34,945 nucleotides of DNA from a virus (lineage: Duplodnaviria; Caudoviricetes), in IMG/VR virus record IMGVR_UViG_3300035561_000189, positions 1 to 34,945 of that record; one strand, 5' to 3'. The translations under genes and the position numbers were made by a program. The notes below the pieces were generated by a model. The model worked only from the letters and a program-made list of their open reading frames with translations. It made no database searches and was not told the DNA's origin. Shown here one piece after another: positions 8,419 through 16,641 of this stretch. Positions within the stretch are counted from its first letter, which is position 1; each line of letters begins with the position of its first letter.

Positions 8419-8815
8419 CCGCCAGGCGGCTCAAACAATCGTCAGCGAGATGGCCTGGAGCAAACATACCGGCATGCGGGTCCGGGCGCAGAAGGCGCTG
8501 AGGTATATTCTGGACAAATACGGCGTAACGAAGTTGCCTCTTGAAAGCTGCATTGTGTCAGCTTGCAAGACCCCGAAGTTCGCCAGCGTCATGGCCCGGA
8601 AAAAAGTCACCGGTCCCTACTGCCCAGGCTGCGGAGCGAGCATCTATGACTTGCCGGCCATAGAAGGAGAGCTGATTGTCTGGCCGGATGTGCGGATAAT
8701 GAGCATCCGGGAAGGGTTCAAGGTGGACAAAGTAACTTACGCTTGCAGTAGGTGCGGAGCGATTTTCTGGAAGGAGGAAGCGAAAACTAATGAAACGTTT
8801 GGCAAGGGCGGCTGA
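8381..8815 (+). CDS. hypothetical Zn-ribbon protein
   Basis: AGGAGG RBS, TTG start; CPGCG and CSRCG. Confidence 0.7.
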   Translation: MAAVVYQFPSLDDRQAAQTIVSEMAWSKHTGMRVRAQKALRYILDKYGVTKLPLESCIVSACKTPKFASVMARKKVTGPYCPGCGASIYDLPAIEGELIVWPDVRIMSIREGFKVDKVTYACSRCGAIFWKEEAKTNETFGKGG

Positions 8816-8930
8816 AGTTTATCTCTGGTTCAGGATAGCGACTGAAGCATTTGCAATTGCGGTCGGGGCGGCGGTCTTCGTGGCGATGTGGGCGGTAATT
8901 AAATACTGCGCGGCGGTGCTGTTACTGTAA
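8790..8930 (+). CDS. small membrane peptide (46 aa, not in ORF track)
   Basis: AGGAGG RBS; MKRLARAAEVYLWFRIATEAFAIAVGAAVFVAMWAVIKYCAAVLLL. Confidence 0.55.
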   Translation: MKRLARAAEVYLWFRIATEAFAIAVGAAVFVAMWAVIKYCAAVLLL

Positions 8931-9006
8931 AGAAAAAGAGCCTTTGAAAAGGCTCCCGAGAAAATCTACCTGTTGTCAGTATAGCACGTCAAAGCTATGC
9001 TGGCAA
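8931..9006 (-). ncRNA. putative tiny antisense RNA unit (promoter, ~40-nt RNA, terminator)
   Basis: TTGCCA-17-TATACT with TG extension, then GAGCCTTTTCAAAGGCTC-TTTTTCT. Confidence 0.55.
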
Positions 9007-9026
9007 CCCAGAAAGGAAAGGTGGGC

Positions 9027-9377
9027 ATGATTCCCCAAGAAAACAAAAAAAGCGCGGTTAATTTAACCGAATACCTGCTGACGAGCGGTTTTTCGCCAAA
9101 TCACAACGGCTTTACTTACATCAGAGAAGCTTTGGAGCTAATCAGAGAAGATCACGCATACCTCAAGGCGATGACTAAACCCGGCGGGTTGTACAATACG
9201 ATTGCCGAAAAGTACGACAGCACGCTCAGCCGGGTGGAACGCGGCATCCGGTTCGCAATCGCGGAGGCGGCAAAGACGCGAGTTTTTCGGGAGCGGTTCG
9301 GCGGATATATCGAACACCTGCCCTTGCCGCCAAATAACAGCGTATTTTTGGCGCTAGTGACGGAACTACTAAGTTGA
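9027..9377 (+). CDS. Spo0A C-terminal DNA-binding domain protein (no receiver domain)
   Basis: GFTYIREAL...MTK..LYNTIAEKYDST.SRVERGIRFAI...PNNSVFLA matches Spo0A_C. Confidence 0.88.
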   Translation: MIPQENKKSAVNLTEYLLTSGFSPNHNGFTYIREALELIREDHAYLKAMTKPGGLYNTIAEKYDSTLSRVERGIRFAIAEAAKTRVFRERFGGYIEHLPLPPNNSVFLALVTELLS

Positions 9378-9383
9378 AATAAC

Positions 9384-9525
9384 TTTTGCGGAAGCGCGCG
9401 GCGGGGCAAGATGACCCGCGGGGTAACCGGCGACGCGCGACGATGCGGAACGACGCCCCAAAATGGACGTAGAAAGACGCTGGGAATAGGCCAGGCCGGG
9501 GCAGGACCGGCCCGCTTCCGTAAAA
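9384..9525 (+). ncRNA. putative structured ncRNA
   Basis: 13-bp closing stem TTTTGCGGAAGCG / CGCTTCCGTAAAA (one G-U) enclosing several GC-rich hairpins. Confidence 0.5.
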
Positions 9526-9595
9526 TTTCTCTCTTCTCTTCTCACTTTGGCTCCCGTAGCCCGTGGGCCGGGGAATTTTTAGAAGGGGTGATAAT

Positions 9596-9823
9596 GTGAA
9601 AATACAAAATGAAAACGCCTCTTGTTACACATGCAAATATTATTGTGATGTTTTGGCTTACCCACCCAAAGAGCGGCGCCGGGCATGCAGAAAGTGCATG
9701 ACACAAAACGGTTACTTAGGGTGGGTGCCCGCACCGGGTGTAGTTGTGGAAGAAATGAAGGGATGGACGTTCACCAGGCTTGGGAAGCCTGTAGAGACGA
9801 TCTTTAGAAAGGTTGTGGTGTAA
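9596..9823 (+). CDS. hypothetical Cys-rich phage protein
   Basis: GGGGTG RBS; CYTCKYYC...CRKC. Confidence 0.65.
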   Translation: MKIQNENASCYTCKYYCDVLAYPPKERRRACRKCMTQNGYLGWVPAPGVVVEEMKGWTFTRLGKPVETIFRKVVV

Positions 9824-9824
9824 A

Positions 9825-10292
9825 GTGGAACAAATCCAAATGCACATTATCCAGGCAATCAAGGAAGCGGCCCGGCAGGCCGCGGGGCAGATGATAAATG
9901 AAATGAACATCGATACCGTCATCGACAAAATCTACACCTTTCCCGCTGAAATCCGGCGCCAGGAGGGGCTTCTGGCTGACGCCCGGCGCCGACTGGAAGA
10001 AGCTAAATCGAACCTGGAGCTGGCCCGGCAGGTTACTGTGGCCGCAGTCATCTCCGAGACCAACGGAGACGGAAAACCACGGTATTCTAACGACAAGGCC
10101 AGAGAAGCGGAGATAACCAGGCGCCTGGCCGCGGACCAGGAGTATCGGACAGCCCTGGACGTGGCTAAAAAAGCGGAGGACGCGGTTAACTCCGAACAGT
10201 TCGAGATGAACCGCCTATACAATGAATTTTCGGCTTATAAAGCGGTGTCCAGGATACTGGCCGGCAAACTGAATTTGGTAGCCGGACTGTAA
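9825..10292 (+). CDS. coiled-coil protein (possible recombination mediator)
   Basis: long helical sequence with RYSNDKAREAE turn; lies directly before the recombination block. Confidence 0.7.
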   Translation: MEQIQMHIIQAIKEAARQAAGQMINEMNIDTVIDKIYTFPAEIRRQEGLLADARRRLEEAKSNLELARQVTVAAVISETNGDGKPRYSNDKAREAEITRRLAADQEYRTALDVAKKAEDAVNSEQFEMNRLYNEFSAYKAVSRILAGKLNLVAGL

Positions 10293-10317
10293 AAATTTGA
10301 AGGAGGTTTAATTAAAG

Positions 10318-11166
10318 ATGTCTGCAAATCCAGCAACTGCGCTGACAACCTTAACAGATGAACAAGTAAACCTGATTCTCAAGAATGTTGACACTACGGG
10401 AATGGCCATGGAGGATAAGCGCGCCCTGGCCGTAATTGTCCAGGAGGACCTGGACGCCAGTCGGCAGGGATTCGACTTTCGGCCGCAGAGGTACAAGATA
10501 AACAAAGATAACCAAACATTCACCGACACCTTCGGGAATGCTCACAGCGAACTGCAAGGCGTGATCCTGCACAAACAAAAAGTCAGAGCACTCTGGAAGC
10601 AGGGGGAAAACATTCCACTGTGCAGCTCTCTAGACTGCGTCACTGGCACGAACCGCGAGGGTAACCAACGGTCCTGCCGGGATTGCGTCTGGGATGAGTG
10701 GGGTTCGGCCAGCAGCAAGGACGAGGACCGACGGGGAAAGGCATGTAAGGAAATGCGGCGGATTTACCTTGTGGAAAAGGACGGCTTTCTCCCTATCTTA
10801 GTGACGCTGCCGCCCACGTCTATCAGCCCATGGGACAACTACTGCAGCGCCCGGGCGACACAGGGCATTTCCGACCTGGCTGCTGAAGTCGTCCTGCGCC
10901 TGGTGCCCGGTAAAACACAGAGTTTCGCTTACTCGGTCATTCAACCCAAGAACGGCGGCAAAATTCCGCCAGCGGAAATCCTGCGTCTATACCAGATGCG
11001 CCAGAAGTTCGTTGAGTCCTGGACCAAAGCAGAAATAACCGCGGACGACTACGAGACCGGAGACGCGGCGGAAAACGGCGGGGCGGCAGATACGGCAGTT
11101 TCCGGCGGCAACGGCGCCGCGAAGAACGCCGCGAAAACCGGCGACGCAGTTTGGGACAGCATCTAA
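10318..11166 (+). CDS. putative Zn-binding ssDNA-binding protein
   Basis: PLCSSLD, CRDC, GKACKEMRRIYL, LPPTS; flexible acidic C-tail ending WDSI; strong RBS. Confidence 0.5.
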   Translation: MSANPATALTTLTDEQVNLILKNVDTTGMAMEDKRALAVIVQEDLDASRQGFDFRPQRYKINKDNQTFTDTFGNAHSELQGVILHKQKVRALWKQGENIPLCSSLDCVTGTNREGNQRSCRDCVWDEWGSASSKDEDRRGKACKEMRRIYLVEKDGFLPILVTLPPTSISPWDNYCSARATQGISDLAAEVVLRLVPGKTQSFAYSVIQPKNGGKIPPAEILRLYQMRQKFVESWTKAEITADDYETGDAAENGGAADTAVSGGNGAAKNAAKTGDAVWDSI

Positions 11167-11194
11167 AGGAGAGGGGTTAAAACCCCCTCTCCTT
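11167..11194 (+). terminator. strong hairpin after the putative SSB
   Basis: AAGGAGAGGGG-TTAAAAC-CCCCTCTCCTT; only a short U tail. Confidence 0.5.
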
Positions 11195-11213
11195 CAAGAA
11201 AGGTTGGTTTTAA

Positions 11214-13172
11214 GTGTCAATACCAGCAGTTGATATAGACGCTCTGTTTCAGAAACTTATTTCAATGAAGCGGGAACTCTCACCAGCGGAGAAGTTTTTT
11301 AGGGAAACTCTGCCCTCCCGGGTGGCCAACTGCGAAATACGTGAAGAGCAAATAAAGATGGCTCTGGCCGTCGAGCAGGCACTAGCTGAAAAACGGCACC
11401 TGGTTAGTGAGGCAGGCACCGGTACGGGAAAATCGTTCGCTTACCTGGCGCCGGTAATCCAGAACATAAAGAAACGCGGCGGCCGGGCAGTAATTAGCAC
11501 CGGGACCATCGCCCTGCAGGAGCAGCTGATGAATAAGGATATCCCGTTCTTAAAGGACGTCCTGGGTATCAGTTTCGAAGCCCGCCTAGCCAAGGGCAAG
11601 AGGAATTACCTCTGCCTGATCAGACTTGATGAAGAGATGCGGCAGGCGGCGCTGTGGGCGAATGAGAAGATATCCGTCATCGCCGAATGGGCTGAAGAAA
11701 CCGAAACAGGTGACCGCTCGGAGTTGTCAACAGAACCTGGAGAAATCTGGGGCCGGGTTTGTGCCGACGATACCTGCCTGGGTAAGAAATGTCCGCGGCT
11801 GGAAAAGTGTTTTTACGTAAAAGCCCGGACCCTGCTGCAGCACGCCGATCTCATCATTTGCAATCACGCGCTTTTCTTCATTGATATGATGATTAAAGAC
11901 GACAGCGACGGCTTTGCTTCGGTGCTGCCGGAATATCAGGTGGTAGTCCTTGATGAAGCCCACAAAATAGAGGATATAGCCCGCGAGGTAATGGGCACAC
12001 AAATATCGTCCTTGAGGCTCCCGAATCTCCTGGGCCAACTGAAAAAGCGCCCGGGGTGCAACCTGGAAGCTGTTCAGGATGCCCTGGCCGCGAATGAGAT
12101 TTTCTTTCAGGCCGTTTCTTCCCTTAGTCGGGAAGATAAATTCCTACTGCCCGGGAATTCTGTGCTGAGTTCCCGGGACGACGACCTTATCAAGGCGGTC
12201 CGGGGAGCTATTTCAACGTTTGATTCTGGTTATACCGGTGAGCGGGAAGAAGTATTATTTGGGCGCCTGAAAAACTTCAACGAGGAATTGGAAATGATTC
12301 TGGACGCCGGCGACCAAAACAAAGTTTTCTGGGCAGAGATTGCCCGCTCGGGCCGGCAGCGCGTAACTCTACACGCAACCCCCATTGACATATCGGATAT
12401 TCTTTCCCAGGCGCTGTTCGAAAACGACGATATCCGGACGATAATTATGACTTCGGCCACTCTTTCCACCGGCGGAAACTTTAACTACTTCAAGCAGGCT
12501 GTCGACTGCGCCAATGCCACCGAGTTACAGGTAGATTCCCCATTTGATTACCATAATCAATGTCTTTTGTATCTGCCCCCGGGGCTCCCGGATCCCAAAA
12601 CGGTCGATTTTCACGAAAAAGTAACGCCGTTTATCGAAAACATACTTTTGAAAACCGATGGCCGGGCCTTTGTCCTGTTTACGTCGTACAAGGGCATGAA
12701 CGAAGTACATGACCGCCTTGCCGGCCGGCTGAAGTGGACGGTATTAAAGCAGGGGGATATGTCTAAGCAAAGGCTCCTGGAAGCCTTTAAGGAAGATGTT
12801 CATTCGGTGCTGTTCGCCACGAATAGTTTTTGGGAAGGAATTTCAGTTGAAGGAGAAGCGTTATCTTGTGTGATTATAACCAAGCTCCCATTTGCCGTTC
12901 CTGATGACCCGATTACTGAAGCAAAAGTCAAAGCAATCGAACGTGCTGGTAGAAATGCCTTCTTCGAATACTCGGTGCCGGAAGCAATCATCCAGTTAAA
13001 GCAGGGGTTCGGACGGCTGATTCGGACCCGGCGGGACAAGGGTATCATAGCTATCCTGGACCCCCGGATAAAATCGAAAGGGTACGGGCGCCGGTTTCTA
13101 AATTCGCTGCCCCGGTGCCGGGAGATAGCGAATTTAGAAAATGTGGATTTGTTTTTGAAAGGAGGGCAATAA
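11214..13172 (+). CDS. dinG: DinG/YoaA-family Fe-S SF2 helicase
   Basis: REEQ Q-motif, AGTGTGKS, NYLC...CADDTCLGKKC, DEAH, TSAT, FWEGI, QGFGRLIR. Confidence 0.92.
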   Translation: MSIPAVDIDALFQKLISMKRELSPAEKFFRETLPSRVANCEIREEQIKMALAVEQALAEKRHLVSEAGTGTGKSFAYLAPVIQNIKKRGGRAVISTGTIALQEQLMNKDIPFLKDVLGISFEARLAKGKRNYLCLIRLDEEMRQAALWANEKISVIAEWAEETETGDRSELSTEPGEIWGRVCADDTCLGKKCPRLEKCFYVKARTLLQHADLIICNHALFFIDMMIKDDSDGFASVLPEYQVVVLDEAHKIEDIAREVMGTQISSLRLPNLLGQLKKRPGCNLEAVQDALAANEIFFQAVSSLSREDKFLLPGNSVLSSRDDDLIKAVRGAISTFDSGYTGEREEVLFGRLKNFNEELEMILDAGDQNKVFWAEIARSGRQRVTLHATPIDISDILSQALFENDDIRTIIMTSATLSTGGNFNYFKQAVDCANATELQVDSPFDYHNQCLLYLPPGLPDPKTVDFHEKVTPFIENILLKTDGRAFVLFTSYKGMNEVHDRLAGRLKWTVLKQGDMSKQRLLEAFKEDVHSVLFATNSFWEGISVEGEALSCVIITKLPFAVPDDPITEAKVKAIERAGRNAFFEYSVPEAIIQLKQGFGRLIRTRRDKGIIAILDPRIKSKGYGRRFLNSLPRCREIANLENVDLFLKGGQ

Positions 13173-13173
13173 G

Positions 13174-14757
13174 ATGAGCGCAATTAAATCCGTACAAATA
13201 AAGAACTTCCAGAGCCACGCAAATAGCGAAATTATATTTGCTCCGACAGGGCAGTTAACTACAATAATTGGCCCCAGCGACAATGGAAAAACAGCCGTAT
13301 TCCGAGCCGTCCGCTGGGTGGCTTACAACGAACCCCGGGGGACGGATTTCATCCGCGTCGGGACTAACCAGGCCAAAGTTATCGTTTCCCTGGTTAATGG
13401 TTGCCAGGTAATCCGCGAGCGCAGCCGGAAAGGATTCAACCGCTATATCCTCCGTGATGCCACGGGCAAGGAACATGTGTTTGAGGGGTTCGGCGACACG
13501 GTGCCGTTAGAAATACAGGAAACCCTGGGAATTAGGCCGGTTACTGTGGGAGATATGGACATTAATCTTAATATTGCTGAGCAACTGGAGGGGCCGTTTT
13601 TAGGTAAACATGTTTCCGCTCCGGCAAAGGCGAAAATCCTGGGCAAGTTGGCCGGTACTGAGGAAGTAGACATTGCGGCAAAGCAGTTGAATACGGATTT
13701 GTATCGGCGGCGCCAGGATGAAAAAAACTTGAATATTGAAATTGCCGGGCTCCGTGAGGAGTTGAAAAAGTACGACTATCTGCTAGTGCTAGAAAGTACC
13801 ATTACCCAGGTGAGCGCCCTTTTGGCCGCGGTAAAGGAAAACCAGGAAAAAAAAGACCGGCTGGAAAAGCTGCAGGGGGATCTGCAAAAGACCGACCAGC
13901 GGATTAAATTCTGTGCTGCGATAATCGACAGTCTGGAAATGTTTATCCTGGCGGCAGAAACGCCCGCCGGCAGGGTTGAGATAATAGCAATGCAACAAGA
14001 CCGGTTAATCGCCGGGAGACAAAAGCTTGATGAAATCACTGCCGGGATAACTGCTGCCCAGGATATTTTAACCAGAACCGCCGGAATAATCGAAGCCGAC
14101 CAGAGTTTGGGTGATGTCCAGATTGATGCAGGCGCCCTGGATATTTTGAAAAATCTGCAGGCAAGGTTCGAAACAACAGTCAGGGGAATCCGGAGCGCGG
14201 AATCCGTTCTGGATAAAACGGAAGCTATCTTAGAAGCAGAGCGATTACACGCCCTTGCCACAGTGGCCGTCGAACGGTCCTCCCGGCTCCGGGCGGCCGC
14301 CGGCAACCTGGACAATGTAAACCGGCAGATTAAACTTTATGCTCTTGCCATTAATCGTTTACATCCGATAATTGACGCCGGACCGGCCGCGGCGCTGGTG
14401 AGCGACAAAGTACAACAGTTAGTTAATCTGTGTCCGCTGGCCGCTAATTTTAGAAATGTCAATTCTGAATTTCTACTTTGTGTTAAAAAAATTGACCGGC
14501 TGACGTTTATACCCACTGCCGAGAATGTCCTGAAAAACCTGGAAGGAAGATACGGAAAGCTTGATTTCCTGATTGCGAAGCAGGATGGGCTGCAGCGCCT
14601 AAGCCGGGACGCGGCCGACATGGCCACCGCGGCTAATGAATGCGCCGCCATGGTTCAAACCTTGCAGGACAAATACCAGGACGTTTTAGTCAGTTTTGGA
14701 GTATGTCCAATGTGCGGCGCCGAAATTAACCAATTTAAATTAAAGGAGGTCGTTTAA
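13174..14757 (+). CDS. Rad50/SbcC N-terminal half: Walker A, coiled coil, Zn hook
   Basis: IKNFQSH, GPSDNGKT, Q-loop (AEQ), terminal CPMCG; no signature or Walker B. Confidence 0.88.
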   Translation: MSAIKSVQIKNFQSHANSEIIFAPTGQLTTIIGPSDNGKTAVFRAVRWVAYNEPRGTDFIRVGTNQAKVIVSLVNGCQVIRERSRKGFNRYILRDATGKEHVFEGFGDTVPLEIQETLGIRPVTVGDMDINLNIAEQLEGPFLGKHVSAPAKAKILGKLAGTEEVDIAAKQLNTDLYRRRQDEKNLNIEIAGLREELKKYDYLLVLESTITQVSALLAAVKENQEKKDRLEKLQGDLQKTDQRIKFCAAIIDSLEMFILAAETPAGRVEIIAMQQDRLIAGRQKLDEITAGITAAQDILTRTAGIIEADQSLGDVQIDAGALDILKNLQARFETTVRGIRSAESVLDKTEAILEAERLHALATVAVERSSRLRAAAGNLDNVNRQIKLYALAINRLHPIIDAGPAAALVSDKVQQLVNLCPLAANFRNVNSEFLLCVKKIDRLTFIPTAENVLKNLEGRYGKLDFLIAKQDGLQRLSRDAADMATAANECAAMVQTLQDKYQDVLVSFGVCPMCGAEINQFKLKEVV

Positions 14758-14760
14758 ACC

Positions 14761-15012
14761 ATGTCCGCCAACAATTATGCTGTCCGTTTACAGAGCATCA
14801 AGACTGCCCTGGAGAAGGCTAAAACCGACCGGGCCAGAGCGGAAGCCACCAAGGAAAGCTTAGAGAAGCAACGGGATGCTATCGTCGAGGAAATTAAAAG
14901 CATGGGATTTGAACCAGAAAATTTGGATGCTACGATTGCGGAATTGGATACCCAGATTCAATCTGATTTGGTTAAGCTGGAGCAGTTGATTCCGGCCGAG
15001 TACCGGGGTTAG
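14761..15012 (+). CDS. small coiled-coil protein (middle piece of split Rad50)
   Basis: entirely heptad-like; lies between the two ATPase halves; AGGAGG RBS. Confidence 0.75.
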   Translation: MSANNYAVRLQSIKTALEKAKTDRARAEATKESLEKQRDAIVEEIKSMGFEPENLDATIAELDTQIQSDLVKLEQLIPAEYRG

Positions 15013-15022
15013 GAGTGATACC

Positions 15023-15661
15023 GTGATTGCATTATATGAAACCTCCCTATCCCGGATGAAAAGCGCCTACGCTGCCGGCGTAGGCGCCAGGAACCTGCTG
15101 CAGAGGCAGGCGGAAGCCAAAGAAGCCGGGTTAACCCGAGCCAGGGAAGATATTACCGTATGGGAGCAGGTTCAACTTCTCTTCGCAAAGGTAAGCGAAT
15201 ACGCCCGGGAACAGTTGAAAACGCGCATTGAAGAAACAGTTACCGCGGCCTTGATAACCGTTTTCGGGGAAGGCTACACCTTCCGGATCAATCTGCGGAC
15301 CGTGGGCGGGCAGCCGGCCGCCGAATGGCAGGTTATATCGCAGTACGGAGACTTTGAAGTGGCGGCCAGTCCGGAGGATTCCCGCGGCGGCGGTATTGTC
15401 GACGTAATTTCTATTGCCCTGCGTCTGGCCATGCTGGAATTGGTCAGGCCGAAACCCGGCGGACCGGTAATTTTTGATGAAGCGGCAAAAATGGTTTCCC
15501 GGGAATACTTGCCTAATCTCGCTTATTTTTTCAAGCAGTACGCTGCCAAAACAGAAAAACAAATTATTTTAATCACCCATGCCGAGCAGTTGGCAGAAGC
15601 GGCGGACAGATCTTATATGGTTACTTTGAAAAATGGCGAAAGCGAGGCGCGGGAAATATGA
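15023..15661 (+). CDS. Rad50/SbcC C-terminal half: signature, Walker B, H-loop
   Basis: SRGGG, VIFDEA, ILITH. Confidence 0.88.
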   Translation: MIALYETSLSRMKSAYAAGVGARNLLQRQAEAKEAGLTRAREDITVWEQVQLLFAKVSEYAREQLKTRIEETVTAALITVFGEGYTFRINLRTVGGQPAAEWQVISQYGDFEVAASPEDSRGGGIVDVISIALRLAMLELVRPKPGGPVIFDEAAKMVSREYLPNLAYFFKQYAAKTEKQIILITHAEQLAEAADRSYMVTLKNGESEAREI

Positions 15662-16629
15662 TTCGTCTGTTGTACTTTTGTGACAGTCACATCCGCGGTA
15701 CCAACCCTCGGGCCCGGGTAGACGACTACCCGGAAGCCTTGAAAATGAAACTCCGGGAAGTCTTCTACCTGGCTGCTAAACACAGCTGCGACGCCATTAT
15801 CTGCGGTGGGGATCTTTTCGATCGACCGGATACCGCTTATGCAGTAGCTGGTGAATTCGCCGCGGTCCTGGCCGAGTGCCCGGTCCAAATTTACGTCTGT
15901 CCGGGCAACCATGAAATCTACGGCTACAATTTGGATACTCTGAATCGTTCAGTTTTGGGTTTTCTGGACCAGATTAATCTGGTGCAAATTTTAAGCAGAG
16001 AACCCGTTGTACTCCGAAACCAAGTGACGGTCTACCTCACCGGCCAGGGATTTTACCACGACATTGACCGCAGTCCGGCGGATTATCAGACTGGGGTAAG
16101 CCGGATAGACGGCTTCAAGGTCCATGTGGTGCACGGGATGCTGGTAGAAAAACCACTGCCTTACGAGGTAGCGCATACTCTGATTAGCCAGGTGAAGACT
16201 GACGCCCACGTAATTTTAGGAGCTCATGAACATATCGGCTTTGGCCTGCGCCGGCGGAATGACGGGGTGTGGTTCTGTAACCCAGGAGCCTTGAGCCGCA
16301 CGACGGCGAAGGCGGAAGAATTCTACCGGCCTATCCAGGTAGCGTTGTTTGAGTTTTCGCTGGGCGGGATAAAAGCGGAGCTCATTGGGCTGTCCTGCGC
16401 TCAGCCTGGGACGGAGGTTCTGAGCCGGGACCACCTGGCCCAGCTGGCCGAACGGGAAGAGCGGATGAACCATTTCCTGTCTTTGCTGGTAGCCGAAGGT
16501 GAATCAAAGTTTTTGGAAATCAGGGAGATTGTGGACGACATTACCTGGCGGGAGAGCATCCCGGCCGCGGTCCGGGATGAGGCGCTGAGGCGGTTGGGGA
16601 CAGCCAGGGAAACGAAAAAAATAGCATAA
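15658..16629 (+). CDS. Mre11/SbcD-like metallophosphoesterase nuclease
   Basis: DSH, GGDLFD, PGNHE, HG, AHEH, NPG motifs. Confidence 0.9.
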   Translation: MIRLLYFCDSHIRGTNPRARVDDYPEALKMKLREVFYLAAKHSCDAIICGGDLFDRPDTAYAVAGEFAAVLAECPVQIYVCPGNHEIYGYNLDTLNRSVLGFLDQINLVQILSREPVVLRNQVTVYLTGQGFYHDIDRSPADYQTGVSRIDGFKVHVVHGMLVEKPLPYEVAHTLISQVKTDAHVILGAHEHIGFGLRRRNDGVWFCNPGALSRTTAKAEEFYRPIQVALFEFSLGGIKAELIGLSCAQPGTEVLSRDHLAQLAEREERMNHFLSLLVAEGESKFLEIREIVDDITWRESIPAAVRDEALRRLGTARETKKIA

Positions 16630-16641
16630 AGGAGATATTTA

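Noticed and set aside
9411-9599. 62-aa ORF
   Set aside because: Weak RBS and biased composition; it overlaps a strongly base-paired region better explained as RNA.
11214-13172. Type IV CRISPR-associated CasDinG
   Set aside because: No cas genes or array in the window; the context is phage replication.
13174-15661. Wadjet/MksBEF or a frameshifted sbcC pseudogene
   Set aside because: No kleisin/KITE partners or hinge; it has a Zn hook and adjacent Mre11, and each piece has its own RBS.
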